A DNA stretch of 64,000 nucleotides from Patescibacteria group bacterium (lineage in GTDB: Bacteria > Patescibacteriota > Microgenomatia > UBA1400 > PJMF01): positions 136,539-200,538 of the forward strand of contig BOKX01000001.1 of NCBI GenBank assembly GCA_016861205.1, written 5' to 3'. The translations under genes and the position numbers were made by a program. This document shows positions 50,423 to 59,096 of the stretch, piece after piece. Position 1 is the stretch's first letter, and each line of letters starts with the position of its first letter. Below the pieces are notes generated by a model that was given only the letters and a program-made list of their open reading frames with translations, made no database searches and was not told where the DNA came from.

Positions 50423-51652
50423 GTGTCCAGTTCAAAAACTGAACCCACCCGCTGGCTCAAGCACTTCCCCATCCGGGTTATCCTGAAAGTGGTGTTAGTG
50501 ATCGGCTTTTTGGTGGGATTGGCCATCGGAGCCTACGCCTTTTACCAAACCTACCAACAGCTCCAACACCAACGATCGAGTGCGGCTGGTTTATCGCAAG
50601 AACTCACCCAAGCCCGCCAGAAGCTAGCTCAAGTCGAGGCTGATTTGGTAGCGTTGCAAAACACTGACCAAGTTTTGATCAATAAACAACTCACTGCCGA
50701 GATCAATGATCTGCAGAAGGGTTTTAAAGACGCGACAGTGGCCTATGAAGCCCTGTTGTCACTCACTGATACCAGTGGCAAGAAGAGCACCTTCAGCGCC
50801 CAGTTGGTGCAAGCCTTAACCTTACTCAGTCAGCGCCAATATACCTCGGCCTCAGCCCGTCTGACTTTGTTGACTAAGAATATTCAGGTTGAGAATGAAC
50901 GCCTGGCGGCCCAAACCCCCACGATTGCCGCCAACTTACCTAAAAGTAATACCCCACCCGGGTCTGGTTCTCAGCGACAAGTGGTTGAGACCGACGTGGG
51001 TTCGTTTCAAGTGGATATCATCGCCGCCGATTTAAACTCCACCCGAGTGGTAGTCGAGACCGCTTCGCAAAGCACCTGTACCAACGACTGTCCTGTTAGC
51101 TCTCTATCGGACTTTGTCAGCCGAGCCGGTGGCTTTGCAGGTATCAATGGTCCTTATTTTTGCCCAGCTGAGTACCCCAGCTGTGCCGGCAAAACCAACT
51201 CATTCGACACCTTGTTGATGAATCGCCAAAAAACCTACTTCAACTCAGACAACAATGTCTACAGCAATGTGCCAGCGGTGATTTTCTCAGGTAGCTCAGC
51301 TCGTTTCGTCGGCCAGAGTTCTGAGTGGGGGCGGGATACGAGCCCCGACTCGGTGATTGCGTCGCAACCCTTGCTGTTGTCCGGCGGAGAGGTTCGCTTT
51401 GGCGGTGACGGTGATCCTAAAAAAGGTTCTCGCGGCAACCGCAGTTTTATTGGCACCAAAGGGAGTACAGTTTACATCGGAGTTGTCCGGACAGCCACCG
51501 TAGCCGAGACTGCGCGAGTGCTAAAAGCCGTGGGACTGGAAAATGCATTAAATCTCGACAGCGGTGGCTCGACGGCCCTGATGGCCAACGGTCGGTACTT
51601 AGCTGGTCCTGGTCGAAACACACCATTTGGGATAGTTTTAGTCAGAAAGTAG
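50423..51652 (+). CDS. Phosphodiester glycosidase family protein (NAGPA-like, DUF2233), membrane anchored.
   Basis: N-terminal TM plus coiled coil. The C-terminus LNLDSGGSTALM is the family hallmark. Confidence 0.6.
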   Translation: MSSSKTEPTRWLKHFPIRVILKVVLVIGFLVGLAIGAYAFYQTYQQLQHQRSSAAGLSQELTQARQKLAQVEADLVALQNTDQVLINKQLTAEINDLQKGFKDATVAYEALLSLTDTSGKKSTFSAQLVQALTLLSQRQYTSASARLTLLTKNIQVENERLAAQTPTIAANLPKSNTPPGSGSQRQVVETDVGSFQVDIIAADLNSTRVVVETASQSTCTNDCPVSSLSDFVSRAGGFAGINGPYFCPAEYPSCAGKTNSFDTLLMNRQKTYFNSDNNVYSNVPAVIFSGSSARFVGQSSEWGRDTSPDSVIASQPLLLSGGEVRFGGDGDPKKGSRGNRSFIGTKGSTVYIGVVRTATVAETARVLKAVGLENALNLDSGGSTALMANGRYLAGPGRNTPFGIVLVRK

Positions 51653-51658
51653 TTTGCT

Positions 51659-52015
51659 ATGCCTATGAAAACCTACGCCTCCATCGACGAGTACATCAGC
51701 AACTTTCCGCCAGAAGTGCAAAAAGTACTCACTAAAATTCGCCAAACCATCCAGCGGGCCGCGCCGGAAGCAACCGAAGCAATTCGCTATGGTATTCCTA
51801 CCTTTCAGCTTAAAGGCAACTTAGTTCACTTTGCGGCGTACCAAAAACACTACGGTTTCTACCCCGGAGCGGCGGCTATCAGTGACTTTGCTGCTGAGCT
51901 GAAAGGTTACGAAACCAGCAAAGGGACAGTTCAGTTCCCCATCGATCAACCGGTACCATTTGAGTTGATTACCAAAATCACCAAAGCTCGGGTAAAAGCT
52001 AATTTAGCAAAGTAA
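51659..52015 (+). CDS. DUF1801 (YdhG-like) protein.
   Basis: IDEYISNFPPEVQKVLTKIRQTI...HFAAYQKHYGFYP. Confidence 0.5.
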   Translation: MPMKTYASIDEYISNFPPEVQKVLTKIRQTIQRAAPEATEAIRYGIPTFQLKGNLVHFAAYQKHYGFYPGAAAISDFAAELKGYETSKGTVQFPIDQPVPFELITKITKARVKANLAK

Positions 52016-52147
52016 GTGGCAAAATGCCTGCCGATGTGCAGCAATCAGTGTCGTTGTCACACCAAGGTGAGTTTCTGAGTTGGTATCAAGATGTGACAGT
52101 CGTCATGGACGAACTGCTCATAGACACTATTCATAAAACACTGTTAG

Positions 52148-52375
52148 ATGAAAGTGTTGATGAAAAAGAAGACCCCCAAACGTTGGCACTTCAACCTCAG
52201 AACACTGGTGGAAGTGATAGCAGTGGTGATGGTGTGGCGGGGAGTTTGGATACTGCTTGATCATTTTTTATTGCCTGCTCATCCTCTATTGAGTGGGACG
52301 GTCAGTCTTTGCTTGGGCCTAGTGGTGCTGTTGGTAGATGATTTTTTGCTCAAAGAAATTGACGCTAGGTTATAG
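52148..52375 (+). CDS. Small two-TM membrane protein (75 aa). It is one of two overlapping candidate ORFs here.
   Basis: Basic N-terminus followed by two hydrophobic helices. The competing ORF 52024..52260 is acidic with low complexity. Confidence 0.35.
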   Translation: MKVLMKKKTPKRWHFNLRTLVEVIAVVMVWRGVWILLDHFLLPAHPLLSGTVSLCLGLVVLLVDDFLLKEIDARL

Positions 52376-52401
52376 TACAAACACTCACATAAGGAGGTCC
52401 G

Positions 52402-53007
52402 ATGCGCAAACTGGTCGCGGTGTTGGGATTGGGTGTGATGTTGTCGGGTTGCAGTTGGCAATCGACAGCTGTACAAGACAGTTCCCCAGCGCCGCGGTTT
52501 GTGTGGCGAACCGACCATCAAGATAGTACTCCGCAAGTTTTAGCTACGACCTCTGCCGAAGGTGCACAGCTAGTGCCGGTAACCGACTTGTACCAAACGA
52601 TTAGCTCTTCACCACAGCACACCCAACTCAAACGTGCAGTCGAGGCTGCTGGTCTCATTGACTTGTGGCAAGGACCGGGTCCCTACACAGTGTTGGCCCC
52701 TATCGATGAGGCGTATGCTGATTTCCCCGTTGGCACATTTGCCGAGTTGTTTTCGCCCAATCGACAAAAAGATTTAATCAAAGTTGTGCAGTATCAAATG
52801 ATTCCAGGTCGTTACACGACTCGTGATTTAGTCGAAGGTTTGATTCTGAAAACTGTGCAAGGGCAGCCGGTGACAGTTCGTTTTAATGAAGGCAGCTGGT
52901 ACATTCAAGATGCAGTCGGTAACTATAGCCGCGTTCTAGAGACGAACATTGTGGCCGATAACGGAATAATCTTGGTTCTAGATAGACCAATCGTGCCGTG
53001 GTTTTAA
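52402..53007 (+). CDS. Fasciclin (FAS1) domain lipoprotein.
   Basis: Lipobox LSGC. TVLAPIDEAY and NGIILVLDRPIVP are FAS1 H1/H2 motifs. Confidence 0.75.
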   Translation: MRKLVAVLGLGVMLSGCSWQSTAVQDSSPAPRFVWRTDHQDSTPQVLATTSAEGAQLVPVTDLYQTISSSPQHTQLKRAVEAAGLIDLWQGPGPYTVLAPIDEAYADFPVGTFAELFSPNRQKDLIKVVQYQMIPGRYTTRDLVEGLILKTVQGQPVTVRFNEGSWYIQDAVGNYSRVLETNIVADNGIILVLDRPIVPWF

Positions 53008-53022
53008 CTGAATTTCGAGAAG

Positions 53023-53412
53023 TTATTTTTTAGCGCTGAGCTGACACTGGTGGCAGTAGCCATAGATGGTCAGATGGTGGTGATCGACTGCAAAGTTTTT
53101 ACCGACTTTTGCAGGGAGATTAACTTGGCAGGTAGTCATTTCAACTTTGCCACAGTTACTGCACACCAAGTGATCATGATGGTGGGTGCGCAGCTCGAAG
53201 ACTAACTCATTATCGTGTAAGTTTTGTCGACAGATCAAACCATCTGCGAGTAAGCGATCTAAAGCACGGTAAACACTGGTTTTGTTGTACCGATGGCCTT
53301 GGGCAGCTAAAAACTTGACCATCTCTGGGGCTGTTAAGTAGTGTCGCTCTTTAAGCAGGCTGATGAGCTGGTCAGTTAGGTTGGCTTCAGACATATCTCT
53401 ATTGTAATCCAT
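53023..53412 (-). CDS. Fur-family metalloregulator (Zur/Fur).
   Basis: HHHDHLVCSNCGKV and HHHLTIYGYCHQC are the two Cys pairs. Winged-helix N-terminus. Confidence 0.8.
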   Translation of the reverse strand: MDYNRDMSEANLTDQLISLLKERHYLTAPEMVKFLAAQGHRYNKTSVYRALDRLLADGLICRQNLHDNELVFELRTHHHDHLVCSNCGKVEMTTCQVNLPAKVGKNFAVDHHHLTIYGYCHQCQLSAKK

Positions 53413-53490
53413 CGGTGCAACTCAGACGGAGACTATGAACTATTGTGGATTGTTTGCAGATTACCTAAACATAGGTACAATCGAAGTATG

Positions 53491-54603
53491 TCGAGACTTC
53501 ATAATTTTTTCTTAGTAGTGGTGGGTGTTTGTTTGTTTCTGATGGCGAGTACCTCCCCCATTCAAGCCCAAGCCACCGCTGAGCCTGAGTACTCGCGTGC
53601 GAGAGTGGTTGAAATCTTAGGTGAACGTGAACTCGAGCAAACAGGTGCTGCAAACGGTTTTATTCAAGAAATCAAACTTGAGCGAATCGATACAAAGGAA
53701 ACCGTGGTGCTGACAGTTGGGAGTGAGTTTCAGCCCCTAACACCCCAACAGCGGCTCAGTGAAGGTCGTGACGTGATTCTAGCCAAACAAAGTTTGGGTG
53801 ACGGCAGTTCCCAGTATGTAGTTGCTGATGTTTACCGCCTGCCAATTTTGGCTTGGTTGTTATTTGGGTTTTTAGCCTTAGTCGTGATTGTGGCCAGCTG
53901 GCAGGGTTTGCTGTCTATTGCGGGTATGGGGATAAGTTTATTGGTCTTGTCGGGCTACATTGTGCCACAGATTTTAGCTGGCAGTTCGCCGATGGTGATC
54001 AGTCTGATCGGTGGTGCCATGATTGCTGCCTTGACAGTGTATTTGTGTCATGGTTGGTCGGCTCAATCTCACGTGGCATTGGGATCGATGGTGGCGACCT
54101 TAGTAGCTGTGACTGTTTTATCGTACATGGCAGTTAGGTTGGCTCAACTGGTTGGTTTGGGGAGTGAAGAGGCCTACTTTTTGCAGTTTGGACAGACAGC
54201 CAGAGTTAACTTACAAGGTTTGTTGCTGGGTGGAATTGTGTTGGGTGCCTTGGGTATTTTAGACGACATTACGGTGGCCCAAGCCTCAACGATCAAGCAG
54301 CTCAAGGCAGTCAACAAAAAAATTGGTGTTAAAGAGTTGTACGAACGAGGTTTAGCTGTAGGTAAAGACCACGTTGCGTCATTGGTAAACACGCTCGTGC
54401 TCGCATACGCTGGTGCCAATTTACCGTTGTTCCTACTCTTCAGTGTGAATCAACAAATTCCTTTTTGGGTAACATTGAACAACGAAATCATTGCCGAAGA
54501 AGTGGTGCGGACGTTAGTTGGCTCGATCGGATTAGTTTTAGCGGTACCAATCAGTACGTTACTGGCAGTAATGGTGTTCAGTCGCCAACCCGTTCGCGAA
54601 TAG
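53491..54603 (+). CDS. YibE/F-family membrane protein.
   Basis: Signal peptide, then a soluble domain of about 90 aa, then 8 or so TM helices. The ORF track start 53443 includes a basic leader. Confidence 0.5.
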   Translation, partial: SRLHNFFLVVVGVCLFLMASTSPIQAQATAEPEYSRARVVEILGERELEQTGAANGFIQEIKLERIDTKETVVLTVGSEFQPLTPQQRLSEGRDVILAKQSLGDGSSQYVVADVYRLPILAWLLFGFLALVVIVASWQGLLSIAGMGISLLVLSGYIVPQILAGSSPMVISLIGGAMIAALTVYLCHGWSAQSHVALGSMVATLVAVTVLSYMAVRLAQLVGLGSEEAYFLQFGQTARVNLQGLLLGGIVLGALGILDDITVAQASTIKQLKAVNKKIGVKELYERGLAVGKDHVASLVNTLVLAYAGANLPLFLLFSVNQQIPFWVTLNNEIIAEEVVRTLVGSIGLVLAVPISTLLAVMVFSRQPVRE

Positions 54604-55312
54604 TGGCTGGGTCGAGAAGCAGCGATTGTCGATCCCCTAACTCAGCGAGTGTGAACGGTCCGAACTGAGTGCGGATGAGGGTCAGGACGTCATACCCTGC
54701 TCGTTGCAGCATACGACGTACGTGGTGATTTTTGCCTTCGTGAATGGTAATTTCCAACCAATGAAATCCTGGTGTTCGGTCAAGCACTTCGACCGATTCT
54801 GGTTTGCTAAAACCATCTTTCAACTTTACCCCTTTGCGTAAAAATTCGAGTGCGGCATCTGAGATAGCTCGATCAAGTTCAACTTGGTAGGTTTTAGAAA
54901 AACCAAATTTGGGATGGGTGAGCCGATACGCTAAATCACCATCGTTGGTAATAAGCACCAATCCCTGACTATCTTGATCCAAGCGTCCAACTGGGTAGAG
55001 GCGATACTGCCGTGCAGAAGCAGGGAGCAAATCGAGCACTGTCCGACGATGAAGCTCGTCGTTGGTTGTGGTTACAACATGGCGTGGTTTGTTAAGCAGA
55101 TAGTACTGCAAATCTTGCGACGTTGCGCGGATGATCTGGTTGCGAAATCGAATTTCATCAGTGGCTGGGTTGATACGTTGACCGACCATGGCCGTAGCAC
55201 CATTTACTTTGACCAAACCTTGGGCAACAGCGGCTTCCATAGTTCGCCGGGAGCCCAGCCCTTGTGAGGCCAAAAATGCATGAACTTTAACGGTGTCTGC
55301 AGTACTTGTCAT
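54578..55312 (-). CDS. Pseudouridine synthase, RsuA/RluB family.
   Basis: S4 domain N-terminus. YPVGRLDQDSQGLVLITNDG holds the catalytic Asp. Confidence 0.85.
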   Translation of the reverse strand: MTSTADTVKVHAFLASQGLGSRRTMEAAVAQGLVKVNGATAMVGQRINPATDEIRFRNQIIRATSQDLQYYLLNKPRHVVTTTNDELHRRTVLDLLPASARQYRLYPVGRLDQDSQGLVLITNDGDLAYRLTHPKFGFSKTYQVELDRAISDAALEFLRKGVKLKDGFSKPESVEVLDRTPGFHWLEITIHEGKNHHVRRMLQRAGYDVLTLIRTQFGPFTLAELGDRQSLLLDPATIRERVGD

Positions 55313-56400
55313 GGTGTTGCTACTCCATAATCACTATACGTCACTTTTTTGCCTTCAAAAGTCTCAGTTTGGTAGGTGTGATCATTGAGTTGTTCAAGCC
55401 ACATCACTGGCACTTTGCCGAACCCACCTGGCAGATCGAGTACATACTCAGGCAAAGCTACGGTGCTAAGGTGTCCACGCAGCGACTGATACAGCTTCTG
55501 ACCTTCAGCTATGGAAAGTCGAAAATGATGTGTGCCCAAAGCGCGATCAAGATGATGTAAGTAGTACGGTTTTACACCGACTTTCACCAAGCTTCTAAAA
55601 AGTTCGGCTAGAGTTTGGGTGTTGTCGTTGACGTTTTTTAACAGAACTGTTTGAGAAAGCAACATGATGTTGCGATCTAAACAGTGGTTGATGAACGCAG
55701 TTGTTTCTGATGTCAGCTCTCGCGGGTGGTCAATATGAATGACAATGATCGGTTTGAAGCGATGTTTCTCGGCCAGATTGGTAAGTGTTTCTAGCCAGCT
55801 GATACCCACGCTCTCTGGGTCAACAGCCGGCACTCTCGTATGAAATCGCCACTGATGAATATGTTCAATTGGACCAAGTTGTTGTCCCATTGCCATCAAA
55901 AAACCAACGGGAAAAGTCAGCGGGTCGCCGCCCGAAAAGATAAGTTCATGAACTTCTTGATGGTTTGTTAGGTAAGCACGAATAGCGGCAAAATCGACTG
56001 GTCGGACTTCCCCCACGACATCTTTACGGAAACAAAAGCGACAGTGTACTAAGCAGTACGTTGTTAACAACAGTAAGCATCGGTCAGGATAGCGATGAAT
56101 TAAGCCAGGTACTACTTCACGGTCGTGATCGCCGATCGGATCAGGTAGCTCGTATGGTTGCTGGTCGGCCTCAACCAGTGGCGGTAGCACCAGTTTGCGC
56201 AGTGGGTCATGCGGGTTTTTCCAATCGATAAGATCAGCATAGTGTTGAGGAATGCGAATCGGGAAAGTTTGGTGCAACTTTTGCAGTTGTTCATGACTGG
56301 GTAAGCTCGTAGCTGCCCAATCTATGCCCCTTGTTTGCAAGTATGCAGCGAGGTCGTCGACAGATCGGATGGAGTTTGTATGAGTAATTACTGGTAACAT
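55309..56400 (-). CDS. KamA-family radical SAM aminomutase (lysine 2,3-aminomutase / EF-P beta-lysylation EpmB-like).
   Basis: CLVHCRFCFRKD is the CxxxCRFCxR motif. 363 aa. Confidence 0.8.
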   Translation of the reverse strand: MLPVITHTNSIRSVDDLAAYLQTRGIDWAATSLPSHEQLQKLHQTFPIRIPQHYADLIDWKNPHDPLRKLVLPPLVEADQQPYELPDPIGDHDREVVPGLIHRYPDRCLLLLTTYCLVHCRFCFRKDVVGEVRPVDFAAIRAYLTNHQEVHELIFSGGDPLTFPVGFLMAMGQQLGPIEHIHQWRFHTRVPAVDPESVGISWLETLTNLAEKHRFKPIIVIHIDHPRELTSETTAFINHCLDRNIMLLSQTVLLKNVNDNTQTLAELFRSLVKVGVKPYYLHHLDRALGTHHFRLSIAEGQKLYQSLRGHLSTVALPEYVLDLPGGFGKVPVMWLEQLNDHTYQTETFEGKKVTYSDYGVATP

Positions 56401-56460
56401 CAGGATTGATTATACCCGCTGAATCCGCCATACTGACATTCACTTTATAAAAGGAGTCAG

Positions 56461-56883
56461 ATGTTAACCACCTCGTTGCTACTTTCACCATTCCTTGCCA
56501 TGGTCGCCAGTATGGTGGTCGGGATGGCATGGTACTCACCGTTCATGTTTGGTAATCAATGGATCAAGCTGATGGGTTTGAACGCCAAGAAGATGTCAGC
56601 CATGAAGAAGTCGATGGGTACGATGTACGCATTGAATGCTGTCGGTGCGTTTGTGCAAGCGTTTATTTTGAAGGTGATGGCGGATCTGACGTTGGCCTGG
56701 AGTGTGCAGTCAGTGATCGAGTTGGGTTTTTGGTTGTGGCTAGGTTTCATTGTGCCGACGCTCTTTTTGCAAGTGGCTTTCGCGGGCAAATCACCAAAAT
56801 TGTTTGTTCTGGATGCTGGTTATCAGCTGGCTTCAGTGATTGTGATGGCAGCGGTTTTGGGTGGTTTAAGTTACCGCATGTAG
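56461..56883 (+). CDS. DUF1761-family membrane protein.
   Basis: Four TM helices, 140 aa. Confidence 0.45.
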   Translation: MLTTSLLLSPFLAMVASMVVGMAWYSPFMFGNQWIKLMGLNAKKMSAMKKSMGTMYALNAVGAFVQAFILKVMADLTLAWSVQSVIELGFWLWLGFIVPTLFLQVAFAGKSPKLFVLDAGYQLASVIVMAAVLGGLSYRM

Positions 56884-56903
56884 CTGGTGTTCACACAACG
56901 TTT

Positions 56904-57788
56904 CTAGAGAACTTGACTGTCTGCAGTCTCACCTGAGGGTGAGCTAGGGTTGAGGATGTAGATGTCTGTCCGGTATTCATTGGTACCGACCAGTTCAGCC
57001 TCACCACGAAGTACTGCCTCCAGCGGTCGGCAGGCAAAACAGCCACCTTCACCTTTTGGACACTTCATGACTTGGAGTTTGCGAGCAACCTTAATTTTTT
57101 TGGCAACGTCGAGGACTTGGCGGTGTGCTTCATGCAAATCTGGCAATTCCTGCGGTGTGAGCTGGTTATCACGATCGAGGTACCAGTAAAAGGCTCCTTC
57201 TACGGCGCGTTTTTGGGTGTTAGCGACCAATAGCCGGTAAATAGGCAGCTGGAGCGAGTTGCTGTCCTCTTCCCCTTTACCGGTTTTGAAGTCGATGATC
57301 GACACAGAGTCAGTATCAGGATGGTACTCGAGCCAGTCAATTTTGCCACAGAGAATAATTTCATCTTCTGGTGATAACCAGTAATGAGGCAAGTCTTGGT
57401 TAATTTTAACGGCTAAATTTTTGACGGGACCAGGATACTGCATGACCCGGCGTAGCATTGCCGCTCCGCGTTCTTTGTACTCGTGTTCTTGACTAGTTGA
57501 TCGGAAGCCGCCTAGTTTGCCACTGACCTTTGGCCAGACCTGCTCGTAGCGTTCAATGAGTGAGGTTTTGAAACGATCGTTGGTGGGTATAGTGGATAAA
57601 CTTTCGATAACTTCATGCACGGCCTGTCCCAGAGCTAAAGCCGGACCCATGATAGTGATCTTGTGGCGGGTCTTGGGATCTTTGTAAACATTTTTAAGAA
57701 AGTATGCGCGAGGGCACTTTAAAAAATCACTCATGGATGAGTGAGAAACCCAAGTGGCGCTGTAAGGATCACTAACCATAACCGTCAT
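56904..57788 (-). CDS. PD-(D/E)XK nuclease with a Cas4/AddB-type Fe-S cysteine cluster (RecB-family, stand-alone).
   Basis: N-terminal CPRAYF. GKIDWLEY...IIDFKTGK (D, D/ExK). QLPIY. C-terminal CPKGEGGCFAC. Confidence 0.65.
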   Translation of the reverse strand: MTVMVSDPYSATWVSHSSMSDFLKCPRAYFLKNVYKDPKTRHKITIMGPALALGQAVHEVIESLSTIPTNDRFKTSLIERYEQVWPKVSGKLGGFRSTSQEHEYKERGAAMLRRVMQYPGPVKNLAVKINQDLPHYWLSPEDEIILCGKIDWLEYHPDTDSVSIIDFKTGKGEEDSNSLQLPIYRLLVANTQKRAVEGAFYWYLDRDNQLTPQELPDLHEAHRQVLDVAKKIKVARKLQVMKCPKGEGGCFACRPLEAVLRGEAELVGTNEYRTDIYILNPSSPSGETADSQVL

Positions 57789-57808
57789 TATACCCGACTA
57801 CCGGGTAG

Positions 57809-58363
57809 TTACTCCGTAGCACTTTCTGGTAGGTTGAGCTCTGGAATTAATGTCTCAAACAGATAGAGTGCCAAGATGCCCGCAGCATCTTCCGAAGTCT
57901 TACCTTGTTCATAGAGGTACTGCTTATACTTGGTTAAATCGAGGTACTGATTGATTTCGTCTGACAAAATGAGACCGGTGATGAAATCTTGCGCATCGAG
58001 GCCAGTTTGGGGGTTAAGCTCTTTTAAGAGGCTGATCAATGCGGGTAGCTTAGCCTTAATTTGATCCGCTAAACCAGGTTCGATGATGAACCTTCGAAAC
58101 TCTGGTCTGAGGACGATGGGGCTGTGTGCTTGCCCATACTTATTCGCCACACTTTGCTGAAACTGGAGTTGATATTTATTGCGTAAAACGCCTTGTAACT
58201 CCACCACGCACTTTTCAATTTCATCAGTTCGATCTTTAACCTGCGACAACCGTCGATTGATGAGCGTGTAAAGCACATATCCCACAACCACCAGAGGTGT
58301 CACACTTTCGGGCGTGAAGCCGTAGTAGCTCAGAAAACCAACAAGCTCAGACCAGGATGGCAT
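57809..58363 (-). CDS. Hypothetical protein with an N-terminal TM helix, 184 aa.
   Basis: ORF only. Confidence 0.45.
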   Translation of the reverse strand: MPSWSELVGFLSYYGFTPESVTPLVVVGYVLYTLINRRLSQVKDRTDEIEKCVVELQGVLRNKYQLQFQQSVANKYGQAHSPIVLRPEFRRFIIEPGLADQIKAKLPALISLLKELNPQTGLDAQDFITGLILSDEINQYLDLTKYKQYLYEQGKTSEDAAGILALYLFETLIPELNLPESATE

Positions 58364-58372
58364 AGCTGGGTT

Positions 58373-59038
58373 CTAACATATATGTCCTAGCTGTCGCAAG
58401 CTGCGCCAACCGTCTTTTGCGATGATCAAGTGATCAAACAAAGGGATATCCAAAACCTCTCCTGCTGCAGTTAGTTTGTCAGTGGCTTCCAGATCTTCAG
58501 CCGATGGGTCGGGGTTGCCCGAGGGATGATTGTGGATAATGATTACCCCACTTGCGCGTGTTTCCAAAGCCAATGCATATACTTCCCTTGGGTGAAGCAG
58601 GCTACTGTCAACAGTTCCTACCGTAATAGTTTGCCGCTGCAACAGTTGGTGCCGGGCATCAAGATACAGCCCTATCACGTGTTCTTGGCGTTTTGTGATG
58701 AGATCGTGACAGAGTTTGATGGCATCCTCAGGTTGATGAATAGTTTGCCGCGGTGTGGGTTGGGACAGTAACTGGGCGAGATAAAAAGCTGTTTTGATGG
58801 TGGCGGCTCTCGACGGACCTACACCCTTGAGTTTCGCGAGATCCGGCAGTGGTAATTCGGCCAACTCAGTCAGAGTGAAGCGTTGTAAGAGTTTCTCAGC
58901 CACTTGAATGGCGTTTTGACCCCGATAACCAGTGCGTAACAGAATAGCCAGCAGTTCAGCGGTTCTCAAGCCGTCTCCCCCAGTGAGTGACAATTTCTCT
59001 CGTGGTCGAGCAAAGGCGGGGAGATCGTGGAGGTGCAT
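58373..59038 (-). CDS. RadC-like JAB/MPN domain protein (UPF0758).
   Basis: N-terminal HhH. HNHPSGNPDPSAEDL is the JAMM motif. Confidence 0.8.
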   Translation of the reverse strand: MHLHDLPAFARPREKLSLTGGDGLRTAELLAILLRTGYRGQNAIQVAEKLLQRFTLTELAELPLPDLAKLKGVGPSRAATIKTAFYLAQLLSQPTPRQTIHQPEDAIKLCHDLITKRQEHVIGLYLDARHQLLQRQTITVGTVDSSLLHPREVYALALETRASGVIIIHNHPSGNPDPSAEDLEATDKLTAAGEVLDIPLFDHLIIAKDGWRSLRQLGHIC

Positions 59039-59096
59039 AAACGTAGTTAAACACCCTTAGCTTGCTTCAAACCGTATTTTTCGATACAATATCCGG

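Noticed and set aside
52024-52260. An acidic 78-aa ORF overlapping the 75-aa membrane ORF.
   Set aside because: It is low complexity and D/E/S-rich. The overlapping 52148..52375 ORF has a more protein-like two-TM architecture. Neither is certain.
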